Part shown: positions 38,935-47,599 of the stretch, piece after piece
Layout: every line of letters begins with the position of its first letter
Numbering within the stretch: the first letter of the stretch is position 1
Origin: Verrucomicrobiota bacterium
GTDB lineage: Bacteria > Verrucomicrobiota > Verrucomicrobiia > Limisphaerales > Palsa-1400
Reading direction: 5' to 3'
NCBI GenBank assembly: GCA_049510745.1
Contig: JBEKYR010000005.1
Location: 126,899 to 190,898, forward strand
DNA: 64,000 nt
Notes under the pieces: model-generated
What the model was told of the DNA's origin: nothing
The model's database searches: none
Seen by the model: the letters and a program-made list of their open reading frames with translations, nothing else
Position numbers and translations under genes: made by a program

Positions 38935-40944
38935 ATGTCGCGCGAGTATGTCTTGCAGCCTTTCCGCCCGGCGATCCATTTGCGGATTGATTACGCAAAG
39001 GAACTGAACCCCCAGCAGCACGCGGCCGTCACCGCCCCGCCCGGCCCCGCCCTGGTCATCGCCGGCGCCGGTTCGGGCAAGACCCGCACCCTGACCTACC
39101 GCGCCGCCTTTCTGCTGGAACAGGGCATCCCCCCGGAATGCATCCTCTTGTTGACATTTACGAACAAGGCCGCCCGCGAAATGATGCGCCGCGTCACCGA
39201 CCTCCTCGGCGGGGAATTGTCCGCCTTGTGGGGCGGCACCTTCCATGCCATCGGCGCGCGGGTCTTGCGCCGCCACGCGCGCCAGATCGGCTTCCAGCCC
39301 GATTTCTCGATCCTGGACCGCGAAGACGCCGAGGATTTGCTCGCCGCCTGCCTCGGAGAAATGGAAATCGACCTCCAGGCCACCCGTTTCCCAAAAGCCC
39401 GCGTGCTCTCGGATATTTTTTCGCTGGCCGCCAACAAGGACGAGTCGGTCGAGGCCGTTCTGCGCAAGCAATTCGACTACTTTTCCGCCCTGGCCCCCCA
39501 AATCGCGCAAGTGCAGCAACACTACGCCGCCCGCAAAAAGGCCGGCAACAGCATGGACTTCGACGATCTGCTGGTGCTCTGGCTCAAGTTGCTGCGCGAA
39601 AACGCCGCGGTGCTCGAAGACCAGCAGCGCCGCTTCCAGTTCATCCTCGTCGATGAATACCAGGACACCAATAAAATCCAGGGCGAGCTGATCGATTTGC
39701 TCGGCCGGCGCCATCACAACATCATGGTGGTGGGCGACGATTCGCAAAGCATCTATTCCTGGCGCGGCGCCCATTTTCAGAACATTCTTAAATTCCCCCA
39801 ACGCTATCCCCAGGCCGCCGTCTATCGCATCGAAACCAATTACCGGAGCACGCCGGAAATCCTCCGCCTGGCCAACGCCGCCATCGCCGCCAACGTCCAT
39901 CAGTTCGCCAAGGAGTTGACGGCCTCCCGCCGCTCCGGCGTCAAGCCGGTGCTGGCGCCCTGCGCCACCAGCGCCGAGCAGGCGGCCTTCGTCGCCCAGC
40001 GCGTTTTGGAACTGCGCGAGGAAGGGCGCGCCTTGAACAGGATGGCCGTGCTCTACCGCTCCCATTTTCACGCGCTCGAACTGCAACTGGAACTGACCCG
40101 CCGCAACATCCCCTTCAGCATCACCAGCGGCATCCGCTTTTTTGAACAGGCCCACATCAAGGACGTTGCCGCCTATTTGAAGTTCATCACCAATCCCCGC
40201 GACGAACTGGCCTTCAAACGCATCGTCCGCCTCCTGGACGGCGTTGGCGGCAAAACCGCCGATCGCCTCTGGGACGCCTTCCGCGCCCAGTTCGACGCCG
40301 CCGCAACACCCGCCCTGGCCGCCGCCCTGCAAAAAATTTCCGCCGCCGTTCCAAAAAAGACCGCCGTGTCGTGGGCGCAACTGACCGCCACCGTTTCCCA
40401 ACTGGAGGCCCCGAAAATCCGCCAGAGCGCCGCCCTGGTCATCCGGCACGTCGTCGAAGCCGGCTACGAGGATTACCTGAAGGAGGAATTCGCCAACTAC
40501 CGCGCCCGCTTGGAAGACCTCGAACAATTGGCCGCCTTTGCCATGCAGTTTGAAACCGTCCAGGAGTTCCTCACCCAACTGGCGCTGCTGACCAATATCG
40601 AGGCCGAAGATTCCGAGCCGGCGCGGCGCGACGACGAGGAACTCCGCCTTTCGACCGTTCATCAGGCCAAGGGTTTGGAGTTCGACGTCGTCTTCGTCAT
40701 CATGCTTTGCGACGGCCTGTTTCCGTCGGCCCGTTCGCTTGAGACCGAGGATGGCGAAGAGGAAGAGCGCCGCTTGTTTTATGTGGCCATCACGCGGGCG
40801 CGCGACGAATTGCACTTGAGCTATCCGCTGATCCGGAGCACGTCATCCGCCGGCGAAATGATGCAGCAGCCCTCGCGCTTTTTGGCGGAACTGCCGCCGG
40901 AATTACTCGATGAATTGCATTTGCGCCTGTTCAGCGCGTATTAA
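38935..40944 (+). CDS. UvrD/PcrA superfamily 1 DNA helicase
   Basis: AGAGSGKT, LTFTNKAA, VDEYQDTN, VGDDSQSIYSWRGA, NYRST, STVHQAKGLEF, EERRLFYVAITRA. Confidence 0.95.
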   Translation: MSREYVLQPFRPAIHLRIDYAKELNPQQHAAVTAPPGPALVIAGAGSGKTRTLTYRAAFLLEQGIPPECILLLTFTNKAAREMMRRVTDLLGGELSALWGGTFHAIGARVLRRHARQIGFQPDFSILDREDAEDLLAACLGEMEIDLQATRFPKARVLSDIFSLAANKDESVEAVLRKQFDYFSALAPQIAQVQQHYAARKKAGNSMDFDDLLVLWLKLLRENAAVLEDQQRRFQFILVDEYQDTNKIQGELIDLLGRRHHNIMVVGDDSQSIYSWRGAHFQNILKFPQRYPQAAVYRIETNYRSTPEILRLANAAIAANVHQFAKELTASRRSGVKPVLAPCATSAEQAAFVAQRVLELREEGRALNRMAVLYRSHFHALELQLELTRRNIPFSITSGIRFFEQAHIKDVAAYLKFITNPRDELAFKRIVRLLDGVGGKTADRLWDAFRAQFDAAATPALAAALQKISAAVPKKTAVSWAQLTATVSQLEAPKIRQSAALVIRHVVEAGYEDYLKEEFANYRARLEDLEQLAAFAMQFETVQEFLTQLALLTNIEAEDSEPARRDDEELRLSTVHQAKGLEFDVVFVIMLCDGLFPSARSLETEDGEEEERRLFYVAITRARDELHLSYPLIRSTSSAGEMMQQPSRFLAELPPELLDELHLRLFSAY

Positions 40945-41018
40945 GACAAGGAACTTTTCACTCGCCACAAACCCCATTCCATCATAGAAGGAAGCTTCGA
41001 TTTATTCGAGAACACGCT

Positions 41019-42890
41019 GTGGCAACCAATCCACTAATCGACATCCGCAACGGACGCCTCGCCAAGGCCGCCGCGCTCCGTTCCCTTGGCCTCAACCCTT
41101 ATCCTTCCAAAAGCCGGCGCACCCATTACACCAAATCGATCCTCGACGACTTCGCCCAACTCGAAGGACAGCAGGCCACAGTGGCCGGACGCCTCATGTC
41201 GTGGCGCAAACAGGGCGCCCTGGCCTTCGCCCACATCCAGGACCAGACTGGCCGCCTGCAATTGTTCCTGCGCCGCAACCTCGTCCAGCCCACCGACAAA
41301 ATCACCGGCGCCCTCGGCTACGCCGACACCAATATGCTCGACATCGGCGACATTATCGAAGCGACCGGCAAGGTGATCCGGACCGAGCGGGGGGAAATTT
41401 CCGTGCTGGTCGAACGTCTGCGCTTGTTGACCAAGGCGCTCCGCCCCCTGCCCGATCAATGGTCCGGCCTCAAGGACCGCGAGCAGGTCCTGCGCAAACG
41501 CTACCTCGACACCACCCTGGAACCGGCCTCCTTCGACCGTTTTGGCGCCGCCTGCAAAATGGTCGCCGCCATCCGCGCGTTCCTCAACGAGCGGGGCTTT
41601 TTGGAATTTCAGACCCCGGTCATCCAGCCCCAATACGGCGGCGGCACGGCCAAGCCCTTCAAAACCCACGTCAACGCCCTGGGCTGCGACATGTATCTGG
41701 CCATCTCCCACGAATTGTATCTCAAGCGCCTCATCGTCGCCGGTTACGACAAGGTCTATACCATTGGCCGTTATTTCCGCAACGAAGGCATCGACCGCAG
41801 CCATCACCCGGAGTTTTCGATGGTCGAAACCATGACCGCCTACGAAAACTACCAATACAACATGAACCTCATCGAGGACATGTTCCGCCACATCGCGCTC
41901 CATGTTTTCGGAAAAACCCAGTTCAACGTCCGCGGCCACGCCATCGACTTCGGCCAGCCCTGGCGCCGCGTCAGCATGACCGACGCCGTCCGGGAAAAAA
42001 CCGGCATCGACTTCGCCGCCATCACCGCCGTCGAAGACGCCAACGCCCGCCTCGCCGCCCTCGGCATCAACGAACCGCAACCGAGCGTGGGCGAGGCCCT
42101 GGTCAAGGCCTTTGAAGTCGCCGTCGAAAAAGACCTGATCCAGCCGACGCTGGTCTTCGGCCATCCCGTCGAGATTTCGCCCCTGGCCAAACCGATGGCC
42201 GAGGACCCGCGCTATGTCGAGCGCTTCGAGATTTTCATCGCCGGCATGGAATGCGGCGACAATTGGTCCGAGCAAAACGACCCGGCGCATCTTCTCGAAA
42301 CGTGGCGCAAAGCCTACCGCCCCGAGGAGCGCGACGCCGGCAAATTCCACACCCTCGATTTCGATTTCATCGAGGCGCTCGAATACGGCATGCCGCCGAC
42401 GACCGGCATCGGCCCCGGCGTCGAGCGCATGGTCATGATTTTCACCGGCCAGGAAAATATAGACGACGTGATCTTTTTCCCCATGATGCGCCCCTCGGTT
42501 TCGCCCTTGAACGCCGCCATCTACGGCCTGGAGGAAAACGCGTTGGCGCCCGTGGAAGACCTGGTGTTGTCGTTCGAGGGTTTCGAGGCGCTCTGTGGCG
42601 AAGGCTTGCTCAAGCCGCACGCCCGCAACCTGGCCGTCAAGCCGCACCTGCGTTTATGGGGCCGGGCGCGCATCTCCGGGCACGTCGAAATCGCGGGTTT
42701 CCTGCCCAACAGCGTCCTGCGTCTGGCCACCGGCAACCTCCAATCCGCCGAGCCGCAATCCGAAGAAGACCAAAAGAAAAAAGTCCTCGACCAGATCGAG
42801 CGCGCCTTGCCGCAATTCCTCAAGAAAAAATTCCCCGACTGCGAAGTGACCGTCTCCCCGGCAACGGTGTTGCACCATTTCCGAGGGTAA
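41019..42890 (+). CDS. lysS: Class II lysine--tRNA ligase with a 131-aa C-terminal extension
   Basis: OB-fold, YGGGTAKPF, ELYLKRL, FRNEGID, LEYGMPPT, VIFFPMMRP; GTG start. Confidence 0.92.
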   Translation: MATNPLIDIRNGRLAKAAALRSLGLNPYPSKSRRTHYTKSILDDFAQLEGQQATVAGRLMSWRKQGALAFAHIQDQTGRLQLFLRRNLVQPTDKITGALGYADTNMLDIGDIIEATGKVIRTERGEISVLVERLRLLTKALRPLPDQWSGLKDREQVLRKRYLDTTLEPASFDRFGAACKMVAAIRAFLNERGFLEFQTPVIQPQYGGGTAKPFKTHVNALGCDMYLAISHELYLKRLIVAGYDKVYTIGRYFRNEGIDRSHHPEFSMVETMTAYENYQYNMNLIEDMFRHIALHVFGKTQFNVRGHAIDFGQPWRRVSMTDAVREKTGIDFAAITAVEDANARLAALGINEPQPSVGEALVKAFEVAVEKDLIQPTLVFGHPVEISPLAKPMAEDPRYVERFEIFIAGMECGDNWSEQNDPAHLLETWRKAYRPEERDAGKFHTLDFDFIEALEYGMPPTTGIGPGVERMVMIFTGQENIDDVIFFPMMRPSVSPLNAAIYGLEENALAPVEDLVLSFEGFEALCGEGLLKPHARNLAVKPHLRLWGRARISGHVEIAGFLPNSVLRLATGNLQSAEPQSEEDQKKKVLDQIERALPQFLKKKFPDCEVTVSPATVLHHFRG

Positions 42891-42896
42891 AGAAAG

Positions 42897-42924
42897 TTGC
42901 GGCAGCGGCTGAAGACTGTATAAT
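42897..42924 (+). promoter_or_regulatory. Putative sigma70 promoter of the TA locus
   Basis: TTGCGG-16nt-TATAAT, 10 nt before the ATG at 42935. Confidence 0.55.
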
Positions 42925-42934
42925 CCTTTCTGTT

Positions 42935-43174
42935 ATGGACATCACATTGCCGCCCGACCTTGAAGCGTATGTCGAGCAACGCGTGCGCCGGGGCGCGTTC
43001 ACTTCCGCCAGCGAGCTAATCCAGGAAGCCGTCCGGTCCAAAATGGAAGCGGATACATGGATGGAGCAAAAAGTCCTCGAAGCCGAACAGACTGATCTGT
43101 CTCCGCTCACCCAGGAAGATCTGCAATCCGTCCGTCGTTTGATCAGGCAACCGCGTGCCGCACGAACTTCTTAA
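42935..43174 (+). CDS. ParD-like ribbon-helix-helix antitoxin
   Basis: MDITLPPDLEAYVEQRVRRGAFTSASELIQEAVR. Confidence 0.85.
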   Translation: MDITLPPDLEAYVEQRVRRGAFTSASELIQEAVRSKMEADTWMEQKVLEAEQTDLSPLTQEDLQSVRRLIRQPRAARTS

Positions 43175-43355
43175 GCGCAGCCGCTTCCTGGATGATTACC
43201 GCGCAATCATCCTGCAGATCGCGGAAATCAATGTTCTGGCTGCGGATCGCTTTTGTGACGCGGTTGAATCCGCGCTGGATCTTCTCGCCTCGCACCCCGA
43301 AATTGGACCAAAAGCCGGATTTCCGAATGCGCCGCAAGCGCAGTTTTGGCCTTAA
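43155..43355 (+). pseudogene. C-terminally truncated ParE/RelE toxin
   Basis: FLDDYRAI...AADRFCDAVESALDLLASHPEIG...FWP* (66 aa); the YxIFY...LHGARD tail is missing. Confidence 0.75.
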
Positions 43356-43634
43356 CGAAGCAGCAATCGCGCCGCCCTTTCGATTATTTTGGTGACAAAT
43401 CACACTGATTATTTGCTTGTCAAACTCATCAGAAAGCAGTATGCCATGCGCAATTAGAACCTTATGCATGCCAATGAAACTGGGTTCCCGCGCCGGATTT
43501 CTCGGCAAGAAATGGCCTGCGTCAACACGCCCGATGAACTCCGGCTCAACACTTTTCCGCCAGTACCTGTCGCGTTCAATTGCCGAAACCCCACAGAACC
43601 TCAGCGTCGAAATGAAACAAGGAATTAGATTCTT

Positions 43635-44429
43635 ATGAACTATTTTTACCTAGATGAACAGAATCGGGAAATTGGGCCGGTTTCGTTGGAGAACCTAAAA
43701 GCATTCCGCGCCAGCGATGTGATCAAAGATCATACTTTGGTGCGTCCTGAAAGCGGCGGCCCTTGGACGCCGTGTGTGGCGGTGGTAGGCACCATTGAGG
43801 CGCCTGACACTGCGAAGCTGCAGGCGGAGGCGGCGAAGGTAATGTCAGCTACATTTGCTGGCGCCAAAGCAGCGCTCGCTCTTTTGGCAAGCGATCCCGT
43901 TGGCGGTTTGGCCCCGGCTTATCAGAAGCTGGGACCCCAGCGGGCCGGTGCCGTCGGAATTTTTTTTATGGCCGTTTTTGGACTGGTGGGTGCATCTTTT
44001 GTAAATCATCAAATCGGTGCCTTGACTTCCATAAGTTATGGCATGGTGAACGCGAGCATAGACACGGTAAGTTTTACCAAGCTGCTGTTGGTAGCAACAG
44101 CGAGCGCCGTCGCTTGGTTCTGTGCATTGGCTTTAGCGCGATTGGTTAATCAGCGCGGAGGACGCTGGGAAGGAGACGCTTTCATTGCTGGTGCGGTTTC
44201 TTTGGTGTGGGCATTGGAGTTATTATTAGCAACTTTTGTTGGCTGGAAAAATTTTGAGGTTTGGGGAATCCTCGTCCTGAGCGCGATCTGCATCACCGTC
44301 CTGCAAATTTTTGTGGGGTTGACCCGGATTTCTGAGCTTAACGAAGCGAGAGCGACTGTTGCTGTGCCCGTGGTGCTGGTCGTTGAAGTATGGCTCACCA
44401 AAGTAATTTTCGTAGCTGTCTCCACGTAA
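43635..44429 (+). CDS. GYF_2 (DUF4339) domain polytopic membrane protein
   Basis: YFYLDEQNREIGPVSLENL...TLVR...W, then about 5 TM helices (Yip1-like). Confidence 0.75.
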   Translation: MNYFYLDEQNREIGPVSLENLKAFRASDVIKDHTLVRPESGGPWTPCVAVVGTIEAPDTAKLQAEAAKVMSATFAGAKAALALLASDPVGGLAPAYQKLGPQRAGAVGIFFMAVFGLVGASFVNHQIGALTSISYGMVNASIDTVSFTKLLLVATASAVAWFCALALARLVNQRGGRWEGDAFIAGAVSLVWALELLLATFVGWKNFEVWGILVLSAICITVLQIFVGLTRISELNEARATVAVPVVLVVEVWLTKVIFVAVST

Positions 44430-44440
44430 ATACTAAGACA

Positions 44441-45319
44441 ATGAGCGCTTACTTTTATCGTGACAGCTCCGGGCGAGAGATCGGTCCACTGGAAAGAGAT
44501 GCACTGGCCAAACTGCGACAGGCCGGCATATTGGATAATAATACTTTGGTGCGCTCTGAAACTTCCTCCGGATGGGAACTTTTGCGAGAAGCGATTCCAC
44601 CACTATCCGCGCCGCAGCCTCCACAGCAAATCGCCAAGAAATCATTTAATTGGATGAGGGTAGGATTGTTGATTGCCGCTGGGATTGTTGTTATTACGTG
44701 GCGCTTTGACCACCGATATGCGGTGGCGGCCGAACGGGCGTTCCGCCAAGAAGTTGAACCGCAAGCCAAACTAGTAAGCTTTAGAGTGACGGACGAACAC
44801 TGGTTGTCTGAACCAAAATCGAACTTTGAGCGTTATGAACTGAAGTTTGAGGCGGAAGTCGAATTTGGCAAAGATAAATCTTTGCCGGGCGATTTACGAG
44901 GCGAAAGGCTGGATCTTGGCGGCCACCGCGTAAAGTTGTCTGGAACGATGCTCGCCACGAAAGAGAAAACTTTAAGGCATCAGGATCCGTGGAATGTCGA
45001 CACCAGCGAGTTGCGGGTTGTGGGTGCTTCGGATTCGCCTCTTTTTTCAAAGTTGAAGGCGAGTTCGAAGGCGGCTGACGACACATCAATGAGGAACGCC
45101 TGTATCAACAATCTTAGGCTACTTGATTCGGCCAAACAACAATGGGCTTTAGAAAACCGAAAACGAGGGACTGACACGCCGACCTGGGATGACCTGCGAG
45201 CTTACCTTGAGCGCGGCGCGCCAGGAAATCTGCCGACTTGTCCACAAGGGGGGGTTTACACAATCGGCCCCGTCGAAACACCTCCAACGTGCTCAATTCC
45301 AGGGCACGTCTTGCCTTAA
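44441..45319 (+). CDS. GYF_2 domain bitopic protein with a C-terminal pilin-like globular domain
   Basis: YFYRDSSGREIGPLE...TLVR...W; one TM; NACINNLRLLDSAKQQWALEN...PTCPQGGVYTIG...PTCSIPGH. Confidence 0.75.
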   Translation: MSAYFYRDSSGREIGPLERDALAKLRQAGILDNNTLVRSETSSGWELLREAIPPLSAPQPPQQIAKKSFNWMRVGLLIAAGIVVITWRFDHRYAVAAERAFRQEVEPQAKLVSFRVTDEHWLSEPKSNFERYELKFEAEVEFGKDKSLPGDLRGERLDLGGHRVKLSGTMLATKEKTLRHQDPWNVDTSELRVVGASDSPLFSKLKASSKAADDTSMRNACINNLRLLDSAKQQWALENRKRGTDTPTWDDLRAYLERGAPGNLPTCPQGGVYTIGPVETPPTCSIPGHVLP

Positions 45320-45335
45320 AGTTTTCGCTCATTTT

Positions 45336-47351
45336 ATGGAAGACTATTTTTACCGTGATAAATCCGGCAAAGAGATTGGCCCGATCCCTTTAACGACTTT
45401 AGCACAGTTGCGATCTGCCGGCGTGTTAGACGCTGAAACGCCGGTGCGTATCGCCAATTCAGAAAAGTGGGTGCCATGTCGCGAAGTAGTGGCGGTTTCC
45501 GCTCCTTCCGCACCTCCACCGGCCAGTGCCCGTACAGGAAAAAGCTCGCTCCCGCCTGCTTTGGTCATTCTCTCGATCATCGGCGCGGTTATCTACGCAG
45601 GATCAGTTCTTTACAAGTCAGTCGCGGCAATGACGACATTGACTTACGGATTTTCTCTGGACGGAAAAGAGATTCCTAAAGGCGAGACACCGGAGGTGAA
45701 AGTGGACGGTCAACTTTTTGAGAGCGGAAACCATCTTAAGCCAGGTAGACATCAGATATCCATTAGCGTGGAAAACGTTGAACCAAATGAGAAGCATTTT
45801 TGGGTTTTCCACGGAAACAAAGACTTGGGAGCATTACCGCTTGAATCCAGCAAGGGGGCCCTGTCGGTAACGGTGAATCCATCCTCCGCCAAGCTCATCT
45901 TACAGCGAAAAGGGGAGGTTGTTCGCGAAAGCGATTCTCCTCTGAACCAGGATAAGCTCATAGTCGGCGATTACAGTCTCATCTGTACGATCGGAAAAAA
46001 CTTTTCGGCTGATCGGGTTGTGAAGATTCGCCGGAATGAAACCACAAGGTTAGATATCAAAGCTGAATTGGGAGACATCGCGATGGAAGCTGAGCCGGGC
46101 GAGGCTGATTATTCGTTGATTTCGGGCACGGGTAAAACATGGAGCGGACGAACCCCGGCAACGCTAAAGGGGCTTTCAACCGGATCCTACCTTTTAAGCA
46201 TGAAACGCGGCGACTACGAAAAGAGCACAAATATTGTTGTTCATTCTTTTGCCATTACGCGGGCGAAACTTCTATTTGAATATGGCAAAATGGAGATTCA
46301 GTCGAATCCTGCTGGCGCGACGGTGTTTGAGGGGAATCGTGAAATGGGTCGGACGCCCCTTGTATTGAGCGATTTAAGACCAGGCACGTATAGCTATCGT
46401 CTTACATTGAATGATTACGCAGACGCAAGCGTTTCCGCCGTTGTTGTCGGCAATGAAACACGAGTAGTCGAAACAAATCTGGTCAGCTTGAAATATACCC
46501 AAGCGATGCAGAACGCCAGAGATTATCTGAGATCTGCTAACTTCACTGACGCGCTGAAAGGAGTCGAGTTTGCTTTGGAAATCAAGCCGGCGGACGAACT
46601 GGCGGCCGCCCTTAGGAGTGAAATCTTTTTCAATATACATTACAGCAATGCCGCCAACTATTTTGCGCGTGATCAGTTTGACGAGGCTCTGAAGGAATTG
46701 GATGAGGCGAATAAATTGATTCCAGATAATGCGGAAGTAATCACGCTTAGGAATAGAATCAGTCAAAAAATGGAGGGACGCCTTGATTATCTTGTTCGTA
46801 ATGGGGAGATGTCACTTGCTAACGGTAGGTTGGATGATGCCAGTCGGGATTTAGGGGAAGCGACACAAATCCACCCGGCCGATCAACGAGTCATCGAGTT
46901 GCGTGGGAAAATTCAAGCGGCACAGTATAGGAGAGCCCGAATCGAGGAATGGAAAAGATTGCTTAACGACATCAATGATCCGTTGTCGTTTAAATCTTAT
47001 CTTTGGAAATTTAGAATAGGTTTTCCGGCAGCGCATGATGGCACATTGCAAGCACTGAAGGATCTCTCCAGCACTTGGACAATCAAAAGCGAGGATCTGC
47101 CAGACGATAAGACGAGCATTCTGCAGCTTGAGGCTAAAGGCCTGCTTTTTTCCGCTGGTTTTGGATTACTAATGGTCTCACAACCCGCTGACGGCGTTGT
47201 TGAAGTCCGTTCGAAAATGTGGCTAACAGATAAAAGGCTTGGCATACTTTCTACCAGGGAGGATGAGTCGGCGAGGCGCCAACGGCATGCGGGGTGGGTT
47301 CGTGATTTAGATAATCAATTGAAAGCGCACATCGGAGTGCCGTTTGAGTAA
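45336..47351 (+). CDS. GYF_2 domain bitopic protein with PEGA and TPR-like domains
   Basis: YFYRDKSGKEIGPIP...TPVR...W; one TM; SNPAGATVF...GRTPL...LRPGTY (PEGA); ALEIKP/ANKLIP/ATQIHP helical repeats. Confidence 0.8.
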   Translation: MEDYFYRDKSGKEIGPIPLTTLAQLRSAGVLDAETPVRIANSEKWVPCREVVAVSAPSAPPPASARTGKSSLPPALVILSIIGAVIYAGSVLYKSVAAMTTLTYGFSLDGKEIPKGETPEVKVDGQLFESGNHLKPGRHQISISVENVEPNEKHFWVFHGNKDLGALPLESSKGALSVTVNPSSAKLILQRKGEVVRESDSPLNQDKLIVGDYSLICTIGKNFSADRVVKIRRNETTRLDIKAELGDIAMEAEPGEADYSLISGTGKTWSGRTPATLKGLSTGSYLLSMKRGDYEKSTNIVVHSFAITRAKLLFEYGKMEIQSNPAGATVFEGNREMGRTPLVLSDLRPGTYSYRLTLNDYADASVSAVVVGNETRVVETNLVSLKYTQAMQNARDYLRSANFTDALKGVEFALEIKPADELAAALRSEIFFNIHYSNAANYFARDQFDEALKELDEANKLIPDNAEVITLRNRISQKMEGRLDYLVRNGEMSLANGRLDDASRDLGEATQIHPADQRVIELRGKIQAAQYRRARIEEWKRLLNDINDPLSFKSYLWKFRIGFPAAHDGTLQALKDLSSTWTIKSEDLPDDKTSILQLEAKGLLFSAGFGLLMVSQPADGVVEVRSKMWLTDKRLGILSTREDESARRQRHAGWVRDLDNQLKAHIGVPFE

Positions 47352-47421
47352 AAACTCAGATTCTAAGGGCATTAAGCGCCATTAACCGCCATCGCTTCGC
47401 TGTTGTGGCGAGACATGAAAC

Positions 47422-47460
47422 TTCTCAAACTTCCCTGCAATTTTGAGAAAGCTCTTTTTT
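47422..47460 (+). terminator. Possible intrinsic terminator after the GYF cluster
   Basis: TTCTCAAA...TTTGAGAA stem followed by GCTCTTTTTT; the stem is AT-rich and weak. Confidence 0.35.
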
Positions 47461-47599
47461 CAGGGGCTTCTGCGTGTTCCGCGGGCCTCAAAACACTCAT
47501 AAGCCCTTTTCTATGTGATCTTTGCGCTCTGTGCGGCTAAATCCTCTTCTCCTGAAAAACCCTTGCGTATTTCATAACAACGTGGTAATGCCTAGTTCG

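Noticed and set aside
38031..40944. HD protein next to a helicase as a split Cas3 or defence system
   Set aside because: The helicase is SF1 UvrD/PcrA, not SF2; codon usage is host-like and there are no cas genes or array.
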